Shown here: positions 26,105 to 39,042 of the stretch, piece by piece
Layout: each line of letters begins with the position of its first letter
Numbering within the stretch: the first letter of the stretch is position 1
NCBI GenBank assembly: GCA_964276515.1
Contig: OZ193909.1
Location: forward strand, 18,600,001 to 18,664,000
Source of the DNA: Gordius albopunctatus
Taxonomy: Eukaryota
DNA: 64,000 nucleotides
Reading direction: 5' to 3'
The notes under the pieces: model-generated
Databases searched by the model: none
What the model was told of the DNA's origin: nothing
The model's input: the letters and a program-made list of their open reading frames with translations, nothing else
Position numbers and translations under genes: made by a program

Positions 26105-27609
26105 AAGGAAATCTAGAAAGCCCCATCATTTTGCTTTCAATACTATCGTTGTTCTAATATAATTTTGATTGCATTACTATTCTCATTGTCAGCGTTACAG
26201 CTTAATTGTCAAATTAATTTATTATTTAATTGTTAGTTGTCCATAGTTGTTTGGAATCTTTTTTCCTTTCCTTTTTATTGCAGCTTAGAGCAGAAGCCTT
26301 AGCTCCTGAATAACCTTATATTCGTGATATTTAAAGATAGATGAGGGTATAGGTTTATTTTACTTTTTGTTATTTGCTTATGTCAATTAGTTAATTTGTT
26401 AGAAATTTCCATCCACAAACGTATTAATATTACACTCACACATGTTACGTGAATTCCTGCAATAAATTATTTTTTGTTTGAAAAATTAGCGTTGAAAAAG
26501 GAAACTATTTGGAATTAAATCCATTTGAAAATTTTGATTATTTTCTTCCGTTTAACTTGCCTTTCTGCCTCAACTATTTTATCCTCTTACTCAGTCTTTC
26601 CATATCCTTTACTTTTTGATTTATATCATTCGCATCCTTGCCAAGGATATAATCATACCACTTCAGTAGAACCCTGACGGAACGTCCGAAGCCCGGGCCG
26701 GGCTCGGGCTAAAAATTAAAATTAATCTGGCTCGGGTCGAGCCTGATGAGTCAACACGGCCCAAGGCGAATTCTAGCTAAAAGATTTTTTAAACACTCTA
26801 CTAATACTTTTATTGAGTAGGTTATATAGAGGAGACAAAAAGGGGGGCAGAGAGGGGCGATCCAATAAGTAGTGATGTTAATGGTCACGTGTTATTAGAC
26901 CCATGCTAATGAGTATTATTTAACACAAATTTTACCATCATCTATCGTGAGAAGCGCCTCTCTATTATAAGGTTTTTTTACTCTCCTCCTCAGTGGCATA
27001 TCTTATTTAAAAGAACTAATAAATGGTATAGTTGTTGTTGATTGTAGCAATGTAATATGTGCCCAATCTTTTAGTTAAAGTTGACATAATCACTCTCACG
27101 AGTTTAACTAAAACGACAGCACACAGCTTGTTGGCGAGTCTCTATGCCAAAATAATGCACAAGTCGACGGCTGGCATCATATCCACATTTAAAGGCTTCT
27201 AAGGAAAATAATAATAGCATTTATGGTATGGTTATTCTATGCACGCTAAAATATCGTTATTGTACACCCATCGATGCGCTCCATAGCGCGCCCGTAACAA
27301 CAAATCTTAAACCTTTTATAACTCATCAAGACTTCGTAGCTTTCTATCCCCCCATTTTTCTCCATCATTTGATTTAGTGCCAAGTGTGGGGTCCATTGTG
27401 AAATTGTCGGCTACAATTTTAAATTGTTAGCCGATATGATTAGCTCAATCTAAAACCTCGTTCTAGCTGGTGGCAAGTTAACTCGATATGGTAATTGCCA
27501 CACGTCTTAAACCTTTTCTTTATAAAAATATTATAATGACCGCTCTCCATTCATTTCAGTCATATTTCTGCCGATATCTTCTATAAAAATATCATCTTAA
27601 TATGACACC

Positions 27610-28661
27610 CTATCTTGGCATCCTATCCATGTTTCAATCGGTGGTTTACTTTTTGGGTTTAAAGTGGGAAGGAGAAAGTATTGCTACAAAGTACTGCCTA
27701 TGGGGGCAAGCTTCTCCCCTTACGTCCTGCAACAGGTTATGCTAGACCTATGCAGCAAGTCCGTCACAACTTGCCGCTATAATGTGTATTTGGACGATGT
27801 ACTAATATATGGCCCATATTACGATTTGATCAAGAAAAACACACGTAGATTCCAGAGAATGTGTACGTATTGGAATTCGACCATCAACTATGAGAAATCC
27901 ATTGTCACCCCTACACAACATCTATCCTACCTGGGGATCGACATCAACTTAGAAAGACATCAACTCAATATCAATGACAAATTCTTCGAGAAAATCGATT
28001 CGGCAGTTAACATAATGACGTATTTCACCCAGCCCAACACAAAGCCCCATCCACTGGTGACACAAACTACGTCTATATGGCTACCGGCTGGTCAAAATTT
28101 CTTTCCCCCTGGTATAACGTCTTTTTAGGAAATACACCAGTTCCCTTCAACCACCACTGGATGACGATTAAACTGCTAGAATTACGGGAATGCTTGACGT
28201 TTCCCCTCCCAATGCACATCACCCTTTCTCACATAGTAGCGGCCGATGCATCTACTTCCCACCTGGGGATAGCGTTCAGAGGATCCCTGATGTCCATCTC
28301 TAAGAGCGATGCAATGGTAGCCTTCCGATGTCACTCCTTCATACCCACGATAAACCTGCTTGAAATGCTAGCCATTCCGTTGGCACTCCTGAGGGTTGAA
28401 AGCGAATTCCCCAATACAAAACCAAAAATCTGCACTGACTCCAAAACAGCATTTTACATCTTTAAGAAAGGATCGGCTCATGCACCGCACCCGGAGGAAG
28501 CATTCTCTAAAATCTTCCACTACATCGGTGGTGACAGGATGATGACAATCAAGCAAGGATTAGAATGGGTCCCCAGAGATTCCAACCCAGCGGACTTTCC
28601 GTCAAGGACATGGGTACCGGACCTTAACAGATGGCACGAAATTAGGAGCCTCATACTATAA
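27610..28661 (+). mobile_element. 5'-truncated RT-RNase H of a hepadnavirus-like or tyrosine-recombinase-type retroelement (one frameshift)
   Basis: RT: WHPIH..FGFKVG..YCYKVLPMGASFSPYVLQ, VYLDDVLIYG, INYEKS..LSYLGIDIN. RNase H: VAADAS, INLLEMLAI, ICTDSKTA..KKGS, EWVPRDSNPADFPSR. Frame change near 28077-28128. Confidence 0.8.
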
Positions 28662-29039
28662 GCGAAAGTCAGCGGGCCGTCACGACCAGAACGACAACCG
28701 GTTGGCCTGTGGCTTAAAGACCCATGTTCAGCCTAAGAAACGTAGTATAAATGGGACCCCCTAAAATCCCTAATTATCTTGTTTCTCTCTCGCTTACCGT
28801 CTCTGCGCCACCTTTAGTAACACCCCTAAACTTTGGCTTATACGTATATATGTATATATATATTTTCTCCTTTATGCACAACCATATATATATTCTCTTA
28901 TACTCGCGCACAATTAATGTTATCACATGAGGAATATATAAAATAAAGGATAGAGGCGGGAGATATCCCTTCGGGAACTCCCCCCCCCCTATATTTTTCT
29001 CATCACTCTGACTTCCTCCTCTTGAAAGATTTTGACCTT

Positions 29040-29320
29040 GGTTCTTTATCGGCATGGGGATCTTTGTCATTTGCAATATTCATGACTTCTCTTATATTCT
29101 TCCCATCTAACTCTTTTATCCGCTCAAATAAGTTTTGACCCTCATAATTTTAGACTATTTCGCACACGACATCACGAACTTAATTCTTTCCAATTTTGCC
29201 GATATGACATTAACGTCTTTATCTGGTTTGCCAGCCATCTCGAACAGCTCTTCGAAGCTCTCTTTGCCCCCTGTACCTAATAATCCTACTTATATAGGGA
29301 CTATTTTGATGAGCTGTCTA
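29040..29320 (-). mobile_element. RTE LINE fragment
   Basis: Minus strand atgaatattgcaaatgacaaagatcccc closely matches 12362-12390 of the RTE copy. Confidence 0.55.
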
Positions 29321-30554
29321 ACCCATTGATCCTACCGCCATTTTCTAAACAAGCCTCACCTGATCTGTAATAACTTTATCGCCATTGGTTCTTATTCGAC
29401 TTCTCCCATTTCTGATTTAAATTTCAAAAAGTTCTGATTAAAGGTTATAAAAGGGCCACCTTTCCTTTCCTCTTAGATTTAAGATACGTTATATTTATAT
29501 GTATCTGTTTGAGTAGTCTATCCTTTTGTGTAAGTTTATTATATAGTTGTAGGCCCCACCTCATTAATTAGGTTATAGATACCCGACTAAGGGCCCGTCT
29601 TAATATACGATTCGACTTCAAGCGTCATATTTTTGTTTTGTCTAAATATGCGATATACAAATGTCGTGGAATCAACAATTTTAGTTATATTACCATATGA
29701 ATATGCATTAATAAGCGTAATTAAAGGATAAATATTTGTTTTACCAGCAAAAATAGAAAAAATGACGTGACGCTCGTATTAATACGCGGCTATGTTCTAA
29801 CATGCATTTGTAAGACGCACCCTAAGAGTGCAAATAAAAAGTTCATTTTTGATATTTGAATTTACTTTTAGTAAAATCAGCTCAGTTTAAAATCAATATC
29901 TAACACGGCAAAAAATAAATTTTTGGGGTATCCCTGCTTTATAATATTAAACAATTTTATCCTTAAATTCAACATAATACACCGACCAAAGAAAGCTAGC
30001 CGTTTTGAGTAAGCGAGTATTTAAATTTCTGTCGTTATGATATTTTTAAATTTTATTTTAATAAACATTAGAGTAGTCATTAATAAATCTTCCAACAACA
30101 ATCGATGCAAATTGTGATAGTATATTGTTGTTGTTTTTATCTCTTTTCTACTGATCATGTCTGTTTATAATATGGGTTAGCATAATGTTTTGCTCTTATC
30201 ATTTAGCCATAAGTATATACCGTTAAAGAACAGGTAAATTAGGTAAATAGTATGACTTTAATATTAAGAATCAAATTTTTATAATCTAACTTATTAGTCC
30301 TAATTGATAACGATCATCATAAATAGTTTAAGCTTTTTAATAAATCATAAAATACTTTTGTTTTATAAAACTATTTTTTGTAATAATTTCATTAATTAGA
30401 ATACTATTTAGCTAATTACCCTCTAATTTGCGAGATATTTTTAAGTGGCCGCCAATAATCTAAAAATAAGTTAACTTATTTTGTCACTTCAATTTTATTA
30501 AACTTCGATGACAAAATAAGAAGATAGAATGAAATTTGTTGGATATTGACAGAA

Positions 30555-31644
30555 ATGGACCCAGTTTCAATCGGGGTTGCTATTGTAGCAGTTGTAGCAT
30601 CCATCGGCTGGTACAAATCTTATCGAACGAAAAATCAGGTTAGATTTATACCTGAAATATTAGTTATTCAAATAGAAATTGATAAATTGTGCTCCAAAAG
30701 TAAATGTCATGATTCCAATATATAAATTCTTACTATATACTCCTAAACAGATTAGATATGTAAATTATTATTAACTAGTCATGTAAAAACAGCTGGGTTT
30801 AGTAGACCTTTGGGTTTAGGCTACTAAACATAATTTTTCCTTAACAACCTCCAGGCTTAGTCGAAATTTGAGGGCGGAACAGATTCGACAGTTAGGATTA
30901 GTTGGATCAAATGTCGACCAAACAAAACCAGCTGTTTTTACAACACTATACTATTAACTACGCTTTTATAAAAATTAATTTAGAGTTACTCAAATAGTTC
31001 ATATTAAATATACAATCATTTAGAGTTAATTTCAAACTTATAAAAAATTTGCATATAACTGATTTATTGATTTGTCAAATTATTTTAATATTAACAATGC
31101 AAAATCATAAGTTTTGATTTATTTTAATTGCTATGCAATTCATGGGCTCGTTTAATAATTAAATATCGATTTTATCTCAAATAGATGCCTGAATTTACTA
31201 CCCTAAAATATAAAATTCTTTTTTTAATCCGAATTTTAAATTAATCATAAATAATAACTTGAATTGCTTTACAATATGCATTTTTCATATTAATTGCTAT
31301 GCAATTTATGTATTTATATAGTAGCATCAATCTCATTTTACAAATTTCATTATACGATATTTAAACCATTTAAGAAACCTAGCTCAAACATATTAAATAT
31401 AATTTTCAAAATATAGAAACAAGACGGCCTAAAAAAATTGAAGAGCTCGCTAGACGAACACAAAAAATTAGTTGAAGATGCGAAACAAAAAAGTGGTAAT
31501 ATAACGGGTCAAATTGATAGGTTGAAAAAGATTGCTGAAGATGCTGATAAAGATTTGGATAAACTTCGACAAGATTATCAAAAATTAATTAAAGACAACG
31601 AAGAATACAAGAAGAGAGTTGACGCCATTAAAACTGCTCCATAA
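30555..31644 (+). CDS. small single-pass membrane / coiled-coil protein of unknown function, 2 exons, 103 aa
   Basis: Exon 1 30555-30638 (MDPVSIGVAIVAVVASIGWYKSYRTKNQ, donor CAG|GTTAG) splices in phase 0 to exon 2 31417-31644 (acceptor atatag; KQDGLKKLKSSLDEHKK...DAIKTAP*). AATAAA at ~31683. Confidence 0.75.
30777..30947. mobile_element. short MITE in the intron of the orphan gene
   Basis: tagtcatgtaaaaacagctgg ... ccagctgtttttacaacacta inverted ends; related to 20201-20356. Confidence 0.65.
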
Positions 31645-33132
31645 AATATCCCAAAATTTCTTATTTTTACCTTTATCTATGTAATAAAAAGTTATATATA
31701 CGCGTTAAATTTTATGACACGTAAAGTGGTGTCAAAAGAATTGAAATATATATTTTCCAAATTAATTGCTATGCAATTTATGGGCTCGTTTTTTGTTGTC
31801 CGTTCGATATCTGATGTCTGATGGCTACCAAGTTATTTACACCAGCTTCCTGACCTGGAGGTTCGAGTTCAATCCCGGGAGAGGACGAATTTTTTTTAAT
31901 TAAATTAATATTTTGTTCTTGTAAATACCATGGATAATATGACGTTTTGACTGTCCGCTCGCTGCTGACCAATGAAAAAATGACCATTGGCCAAATAAAT
32001 CGAATTTTTTTTTGGGTTTTTGAATTGGGTAACATTGATAATTACCCTATGCCCTCCCCTACAAGGGCCTATGCCTCTACTGATATGGGTCCCTGTGCCC
32101 CTACAAAAGCCTATGCCTCTATTAATGTGGGTTCGAATCCCGGCGAACGTTCTGAATTGCTGGTTCGAATCCCGGAGAGGGCAAAATTTTTATTTTTTTT
32201 AAATCAAATTAATATATTGTTATTGTTAATAATTATTGACAGTGTTCTGGCTACTGACCAATGGAAAAAATGACCATTGACCAAAATGTGATTCTAAATT
32301 TTTTTTCCGTTTTTGAATTGGTTAACATTGATAATTACCCTCTGCCCTCCCCTACAGAAGCCTATGCCTCTACTGATATGGGTCCCTGTGCCCCTACAAA
32401 AGCCTATGCCTCTATTGATGTGGGTTCAAATCCCGGAGAGGGCAGAATTTTTATTTTTAAATTAAATTAAATTGATATATTGTTCTTGTTAATACAATTG
32501 ATAATATGACTTTTTGGCTATCCGCTGGCTGCTGATCAATGGAAAAAATGACAATTGGCCAAATTGTAATTCGAAATATTTTTTTTTGTTTTTTTTAAAT
32601 TAATATATTGTTTTTGTTAATACCATTGATAATATGACTTTTCGGCCGTTTTTTCGTTTTTTTGACTCGTATGTATTTATAGACCGTCTCTTGTTACTGA
32701 CCAATGGAAAAAATGACCATTGGACAAATTGTGATTTGAAATTTTTTTCCGTCTCTTATGTATTTATATCCTTTTTGACCGTGTCCTGGCTACTGACCAA
32801 TGAAAACATATTACAATAATTTTAAAGTTATTGGCCATTAATTATCATATTGTATTTCAACTCTGCGTGTATAAGCTCTAATATATATTTACTCAAAATT
32901 TATTCACATAAAAATTTGAAGGTAATATTTTTAATGCAATTTATTTATTTTTGTTTGATGATATCTTTTACAATTTGTGTTTTTAATACATTTGCAATTT
33001 ATGCATTTACAACTATGTTATATGATTTTAGTCATTTTAACACTCCGCTGGAACGTATAAGAGTTGATATATTATTCTTGCAAATTTTGACATGTTTATA
33101 TTACAAAACAACTAAGTTATAGCTATTTAAAG

Positions 33133-34114
33133 CAGGCGCCCGTAGCCAGGATTTTCTCAAGGGGGGGAAATTTCAAAAAAAAATTTATAGCATTTTTATT
33201 TCAACAACAAAAATATAAACTCAAAAAATATAAAATTTGCATATAAAATAAAAATAAAGTTATTATAAAATAATTTTATATTTTCTTTTACCCATTGATA
33301 AAATATTAAGAACTTCATCGGGAGTAGGTAGGAGCTAACTCCCGATGAATTGTCAATAAAACCAATCCATTTAATCTATTCTTAGACATGGTATTTCTAA
33401 TGTAAGTTTTTAGCCTCTTTAGCGTTGAGAAGCTTCGTTCATTAGTACATGTTGTGATTGGAAGGCAGACTGATAGATATAGAAGAGTCGTTATATTTGG
33501 TAGGGATTTTAATATATTATGTTCGGATAAAGCATTCAAAGGATTCTTTGGACGAGATCCTTCTGAGATCTTAGATAAGGCCATATACCAGATATTGAAT
33601 TCTGCTATGAGATCTTCATTAGTCACTTGGAGATCATTTACATAAAACTCCGATAGAAAATTTATTTTTAATCGCGTTTCTGGTGAAACAATAAAGGAAT
33701 TTTGGGCAAATAAAATTTGGAAATTTTCCAAAACTTGTTTCTTGTCCAGAAAACGTTCATTCAATTGTGTAATTAAATTATTATCACTTAATAGAAACAT
33801 AAAGCATTATAATTAATTATTCTTAGAATAACAAATTACTAGCTGTGGTGTCGGATGATTTGATGGAAAAAAAATCGTGAATTTTCATTTTGCAGGTGAA
33901 CAATTGAAAAAGGAAAAAGACAGAGATGGTTCATAGTATTTTGGTCGAAATTTAATTCAAAAACGGAAAATAATATTTACTTAATTTATAATTAAAAATA
34001 AATTAATAAGTGTTTTACTTAGTCATTTATTGTAACTATAAAATAAAAACTTTGAATCTAAAAAAATTTTTATAATTTTTTTTTTAAATTTTTGCCAAGT
34101 TATTTACGCCACTG
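33133..34114 (-). mobile_element. internally deleted hAT transposon (Tip100/ZMYM1-like C-terminus)
   Basis: Perfect 8-bp TSD atttaaag (33125-33132, 34115-34122), CAG...CTG ends. ORF 33315-33800 has LPITTCTNERSFSTLKRLKTYIRNTMSKNRLNGLVLLTIHRE. Confidence 0.9.
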
Positions 34115-34702
34115 ATTTAAAGTTTGGTGTTTTAAGTAAAGTTTAAAACATAATTTTATCGGCCCTACCTATAAAATCAATATTTTTTTCCACGCACGGG
34201 GTATTATATCCTTGCCTAGAGGGATAGGTGGCAGAGGGGGGGGGGGTTCTGACTCCAGCTTTCAACTTTCTGACTGGAAGGTTCGAGTTCAATCCCCGGA
34301 GAGGGCAAATTTTTTTTAAAATTAAATTAATATTTTGTTCTTGTTAATACCATTGATAATATGACCTTTTGGCAGAGAAATTGAGGGCGCGGGGGTGGGG
34401 GCAATTTGTCTTTTTTTGTTTTTGTTTTGCCAACAATATAGTTGAAGTCGTCAAGTTAATTAAATTATTTCTGATTTTTGGATGAGTCAGGTTTGCCGGG
34501 AATAGGGCAAAAGTAAACATTGAAAATTCTTGATATTGCGATAAAAAAAGTTTAAACTAAACGAATGGCAATGATCCGTATATGGAAGTAGTAATGGATT
34601 GTACTTTGAAATCACGAAAATTAAAAAAACCTTATTTCACCTTATTGGATATTGAAAAGTTCCTGTTTTCCTCCAGAGCATCCGTCCTCAAATAAGTTTA
34701 TA

Positions 34703-34858
34703 CATAGGCGTACCCAAGGGGGGGGGCAGGGAGGGGCGGCTGCCCCTACTATAAATCCAAAAAATTGTTGATAGGCTAAAATTTCAAAAAATACTCATTT
34801 TGAACCTGTTTAAATCATTATTGCCCCCCTCTAATTCCAATGCTGGCTAGGCCCCATA
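34703..34858. mobile_element. MITE family A copy
   Basis: cataggcgtacccaaggg...gctggctaggccccata with the family's internal motifs. Confidence 0.7.
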
Positions 34859-36566
34859 GTTAATATAATATCTTTAACAAAATCAATACTAGAATTTATC
34901 TTTCTATTATATAATATTCCCTAGTATTATTTATTATGTTATTAAATTGATGTTACATTAATTTGAAATTTTGTAAAAACTTGAAATAAAATGTAAATAA
35001 GATCAGGGAACAGGTAACTTCTTAACTATAAAGGAATAAATGACCGCCCGCGTTCGTTACATCAGACAGAATACGAATTAATTGCTATATTAAAAAAAGA
35101 TAGAAGTTGTTAATTATAATTTATTTTAGTTGTAATGTGCAGCCGTGTAGTTATATGGCGATACGATAACATTGTATAGTGAAATTTTTAATTCAAAATT
35201 TTAAAAGGTCATCTGAGCAGGCTTTGTGTCAATTTTTCTGATTAAAAGAAAAATGAAAAGAGTTACATAGTTTTACCGATTAGATCCATATTAAATTTCG
35301 GAAGTAGTTTATTTAATTTAATGTTTGTTTTTTAGAATTTTGTCCTAAATAATTTTCTTTAGTATGTTAGGGATCAAAAATATAAAAGGGACGTAATATG
35401 ATATAATCTTGGTGACTTCTTTCAAGCATACTAGAATCATCTTTAATTTTTTTGGTTAAAAAGTTTATCTTCACGAAACAAAGTTGCATAAATAAGCGAG
35501 TATTTTTAAATTATGCATAATTGCTTATGTGATAACTAAAACGCCTAGTCAAATTTTTAGGCTCAGGGCACGTAAGGTGAAATGAAGGCGCTAGATTTTA
35601 AATTGAAAAGAAATTAATTCATTATCTGAATGAATTATCTTCAATTATACATTTCGATATTAATTAAAACATTGGTCAGCAGCTAGCGGACGGTTAAAAA
35701 GTCATATTATCAATGGTATTAACAGGAACAATCATAAGAGCCAAAAAAAACGAGAAAAAAAATTTCGATTTACACTTTGGCCAATGGTCATTTTTTTACA
35801 TTGGTAACTACCAACAGATGGTTTATAAATCGATTTTAGCCAAAAAAAACGAGGAAAAAAAATTTCGATTCACACTTTGGCCAATGATCATTTTTTCCAT
35901 TGGTCAGCAACCAGCGGACGGCCAAAAAGTCATATTATCAATGGTATTAACAAGAACAATATATTAATTTAAAAAAAAAAATTTGGCCTCTCCGGGTATC
36001 GAACGAGCAATTAAAAGGGATTCGAACCCACATCAGTAGAAGAGAGGCATACACCTTTGCAGGAGGGGGAGGCACAGAGACCCATATCAGTAGAGGCATA
36101 GGCCCTTCTAGGGGAGGGCATAGGGTAATTATCAATGTTAGTCAAAAAAAAATGGAAAAAAAATTTTTGCTTCACACTTTGGCCAATGGTCATTTTTCCA
36201 TTGGTCAGCAGCCAGCGGACGGCCAAAAAGTCATATTATTAATGGTATTAACAGGAACAATATAATAATTTAATTTAAAAAATAAAAAAAATTTTGGCCG
36301 CTCCTGGTATCGAACCCCATATCAGTAGAGACATAATAAGCGTTAAGCGTGTGTAGATGGGTGCGTTACACGTTCGGTGCGTTACTTCGGAAAATGGAAA
36401 GTGAACCCATAAATTGCATAGCAATTAATATGATACATACATAATATCATTAATTTAAAATAAATATCCCGTGTATTTTGTAATGTATGTTTCTTAATTT
36501 TTGACCCGACACTTTAAATTCAACCCGACCCGAAAGTATTTTGAACTTTATCGGGTCGGGTGCGGG

Positions 36567-37139
36567 TAGAGCCCTGTCCCGATTTGGCCCGAGCCCGGCC
36601 CTAATTGAACTAAAGCAAACTAATCTTTTGTAAAATATTATTTAAACAAACTTCACTTGATATTAAATAATTATCTTCACACAGCCTACATTATATAGCT
36701 TCCAAACTTCAACTTTTTCCCCTGTCTATTATAATATAACTGACCTGAATTGCAAATCCTATTCTAGTATTGTATTTAAATATAATCATAGTAGCTGTTA
36801 GAACTTAAGAAATAAGAGAGGTAAATATTTCAAAAATGAACTGTTAAATAAAATGTATTTTTTTAAGTTATATTTTAGTTTTAAAGCTAAATAAATTGTA
36901 AAGAGTGAATTGGTTCTTTAAAATTTATCCTAGTTGATAATTACAAGTAATAAAAATCTACTGCGTTTTATATTTAGAGGATGAAATAATTTTCAAAATA
37001 ACAATTTTTTAAAAGTTTTATTCGAAAGATCGGTTCGGGTTCGGACAAAAAGAAAAAAGTCCTTCGGGATCGGGCCGGCCTCGAATAAAATAAAAATGGA
37101 GAGGCTCTGACAGAAGAAATTTAATTTTGCAGGGCTCTA
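36567..37139. mobile_element. hAT-like MITE nested in another ccgacccg-rich MITE (~36500-37177)
   Basis: TIR tagagccctg/cagggctcta, flanks ggtgcggg/ggtccggg (7/8). Homologous copy in the opposite orientation at 58511-59142. Confidence 0.8.
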
Positions 37140-37693
37140 GGTCCGGGTCGGTTTCGGGGCACCCGTGCAGGTCTCTAATCTAGACATATGCCGAGAAAGA
37201 TTTTGAAATTCAATTAGCCAGAAATTCGAATTACATTTACGAGTAATGGAATCTTCTTACCTTTATATTTGTGCTTACTTTTCTACCATGCGGTGCGGGA
37301 TCATCTAAATTAAAATTTGGCCATTTTTCTTAATCTTTCCCAACGCTAATACATATTCTCACAAATTTAAAAGATATTATATATTCAGAGGGGGGCAATA
37401 ATGATATAGGAGTGGTCAAAGTGATCATTTTTTGAAAATTTAACCATAATTTTAATAAATTTTGGATTTAGAGGGTGTCTACGCTGATATATATATTTTT
37501 TTAAATAGCATATAATAAGCAACTGGACGACTAGCAATGAAGCAATAACAACTTACTCTATTATACCTACCATTCTCGAATGATTTACATATGTTAGGTA
37601 ACAATTCTGTTTTCTTTACCTGCTGCTTTCCTCTACTAAGGTCATAAATCGTATTCGCACCAGTCTTAGTTCCTTCCTTTACACACATTAAAG

Positions 37694-37848
37694 CATGGGC
37701 GTAGCCAAGGGGTGGCACAGGGAGGGGCGACTGTCCCCCCCCCCCCCCTTATATATAAATTCTCAAAAAATTTAATATAAAGCTTGAATTTAAAAAAATA
37801 CTCCATTTGTCTCTCCCTAAAGCATTATTGCCCCCCTTCTAGCCCATG
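37694..37848. mobile_element. MITE family A copy
   Basis: catgggcgtagcc...tagcccatg with near-perfect 8-bp TSD cattaaag/cattaaaa, supporting hAT origin. Confidence 0.75.
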
Positions 37849-39042
37849 CATTAAAAGAAATAAAATATATTATAAACGCTAAATAATATAAAAATTAACT
37901 TCCCAGATTATTCCCAAATTAATCCTATATATGTTATTATAATCGTTATTTTCAGCTAATTTTAATTTGTTTTATCAGAATTTTGCCATAAATTGCATCG
38001 CATGAAGTTGTCTTGTCTCATCTAAATCTAAATAATGTTGCCCTGAGAGCTAAGCTGCCAAGCGTTATTTATTGCAGTCAAGCGACGACTATGAAACTCG
38101 GATGTTAGATATTGCCAACCTCCTTTGTTGATGTAATAAATCAATTGCCTCCATTTTATACATAACTAAACTACTACAAAGTCCTAACGCATTTTCTAAA
38201 TGCCCCGAAATATATGTAATTTGGGAATAATCTTTTAAAGAGTGCTAAATTTACGTATATTTGAAACATTTTTGATTGAACATTCATATAAATATTATTT
38301 TGTTTTGAGATATAACAGGTTTTTAAATATCTTCTTCACGGCCGCCAGGATTTAAATCGCAGAATGGCGGTACTAATTCAGCGAGGGCCAAATTAATAAT
38401 TTTTAAATATTAATTTTTGTTATATGTTAAATATTGTTTCACCTAACGGGGGCAGCAGCTCTACCCTACCTCCCCCTGGCTATGGCCACACACAAGTATA
38501 AAATTTATATTTTAAATATCCACATTTATATAAAATCAAAAAAAAGTTTAAGCGTCTTTTAACTACATTTTAAGCTATATGAATTGCGTTAAATTAATTA
38601 CATATTTATTTCACTACATTTAATTTCAAAGATTTTTGTAAGCCAGGGAGTCGACCAGTTAAAAACAAAAAAAAATTAAAATTCCAAATTCTCTACCCCC
38701 CCCCGCCTCCCCAGTTTTCATTTCTCAATAATTCGCTATGAATTAATTTATCGTGACAAATTTTGAAAAAAAAAAATATTCCCTCGCCTCAATTACATCC
38801 ATCTATCGATCGATAGGGGGCGGCGGCTATGGCTTTAATGTCCGGCCTGCCTACAGTTTTATCTGTCCAAAAAAGGGCTATTATAATTCAAACTCCCCAA
38901 CTAACCCACCCACAAACCCCCCCCCCTCTTTTTATTATTATTTTTTTGCTGCTACTACCGAAGAAAACTTTCGCCGAACCTCCTCTTTGTGGCCTGCAAA
39001 AAAGAGGAATGGAATATAATTTAGGGCTATCGCGAGACTATT

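Larger units (their letters stand above)
31761..36429. mobile_element. foldback-like element with long, internally repetitive inverted arms
   Basis: 27-bp terminal inverted match attaattgctatgcaatttatggg(c/t)tc. Left arm ~31761-32810 is built of ~290-bp units and sub-units that recur inverted in ~35670-36330. Confidence 0.7.

Noticed and set aside
27110..27300. VDGWHHIHI, possible HUH Rep or Harbinger DDE motif upstream of the RT fragment
   Set aside because: One short motif followed by a stop; cannot be assigned or linked to the RT element.
31840..31890. tRNA gene candidates at GGTTCGA/B-box motifs
   Set aside because: No acceptor stem, D-arm or A box; treated as repeat-embedded fragments.
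31778..32819. Several 60-108 aa ORFs and a CRISPR-like repeat appearance
   Set aside because: The ORFs are translations of tandem repeat units. The units have no unique spacers and the context is eukaryotic.
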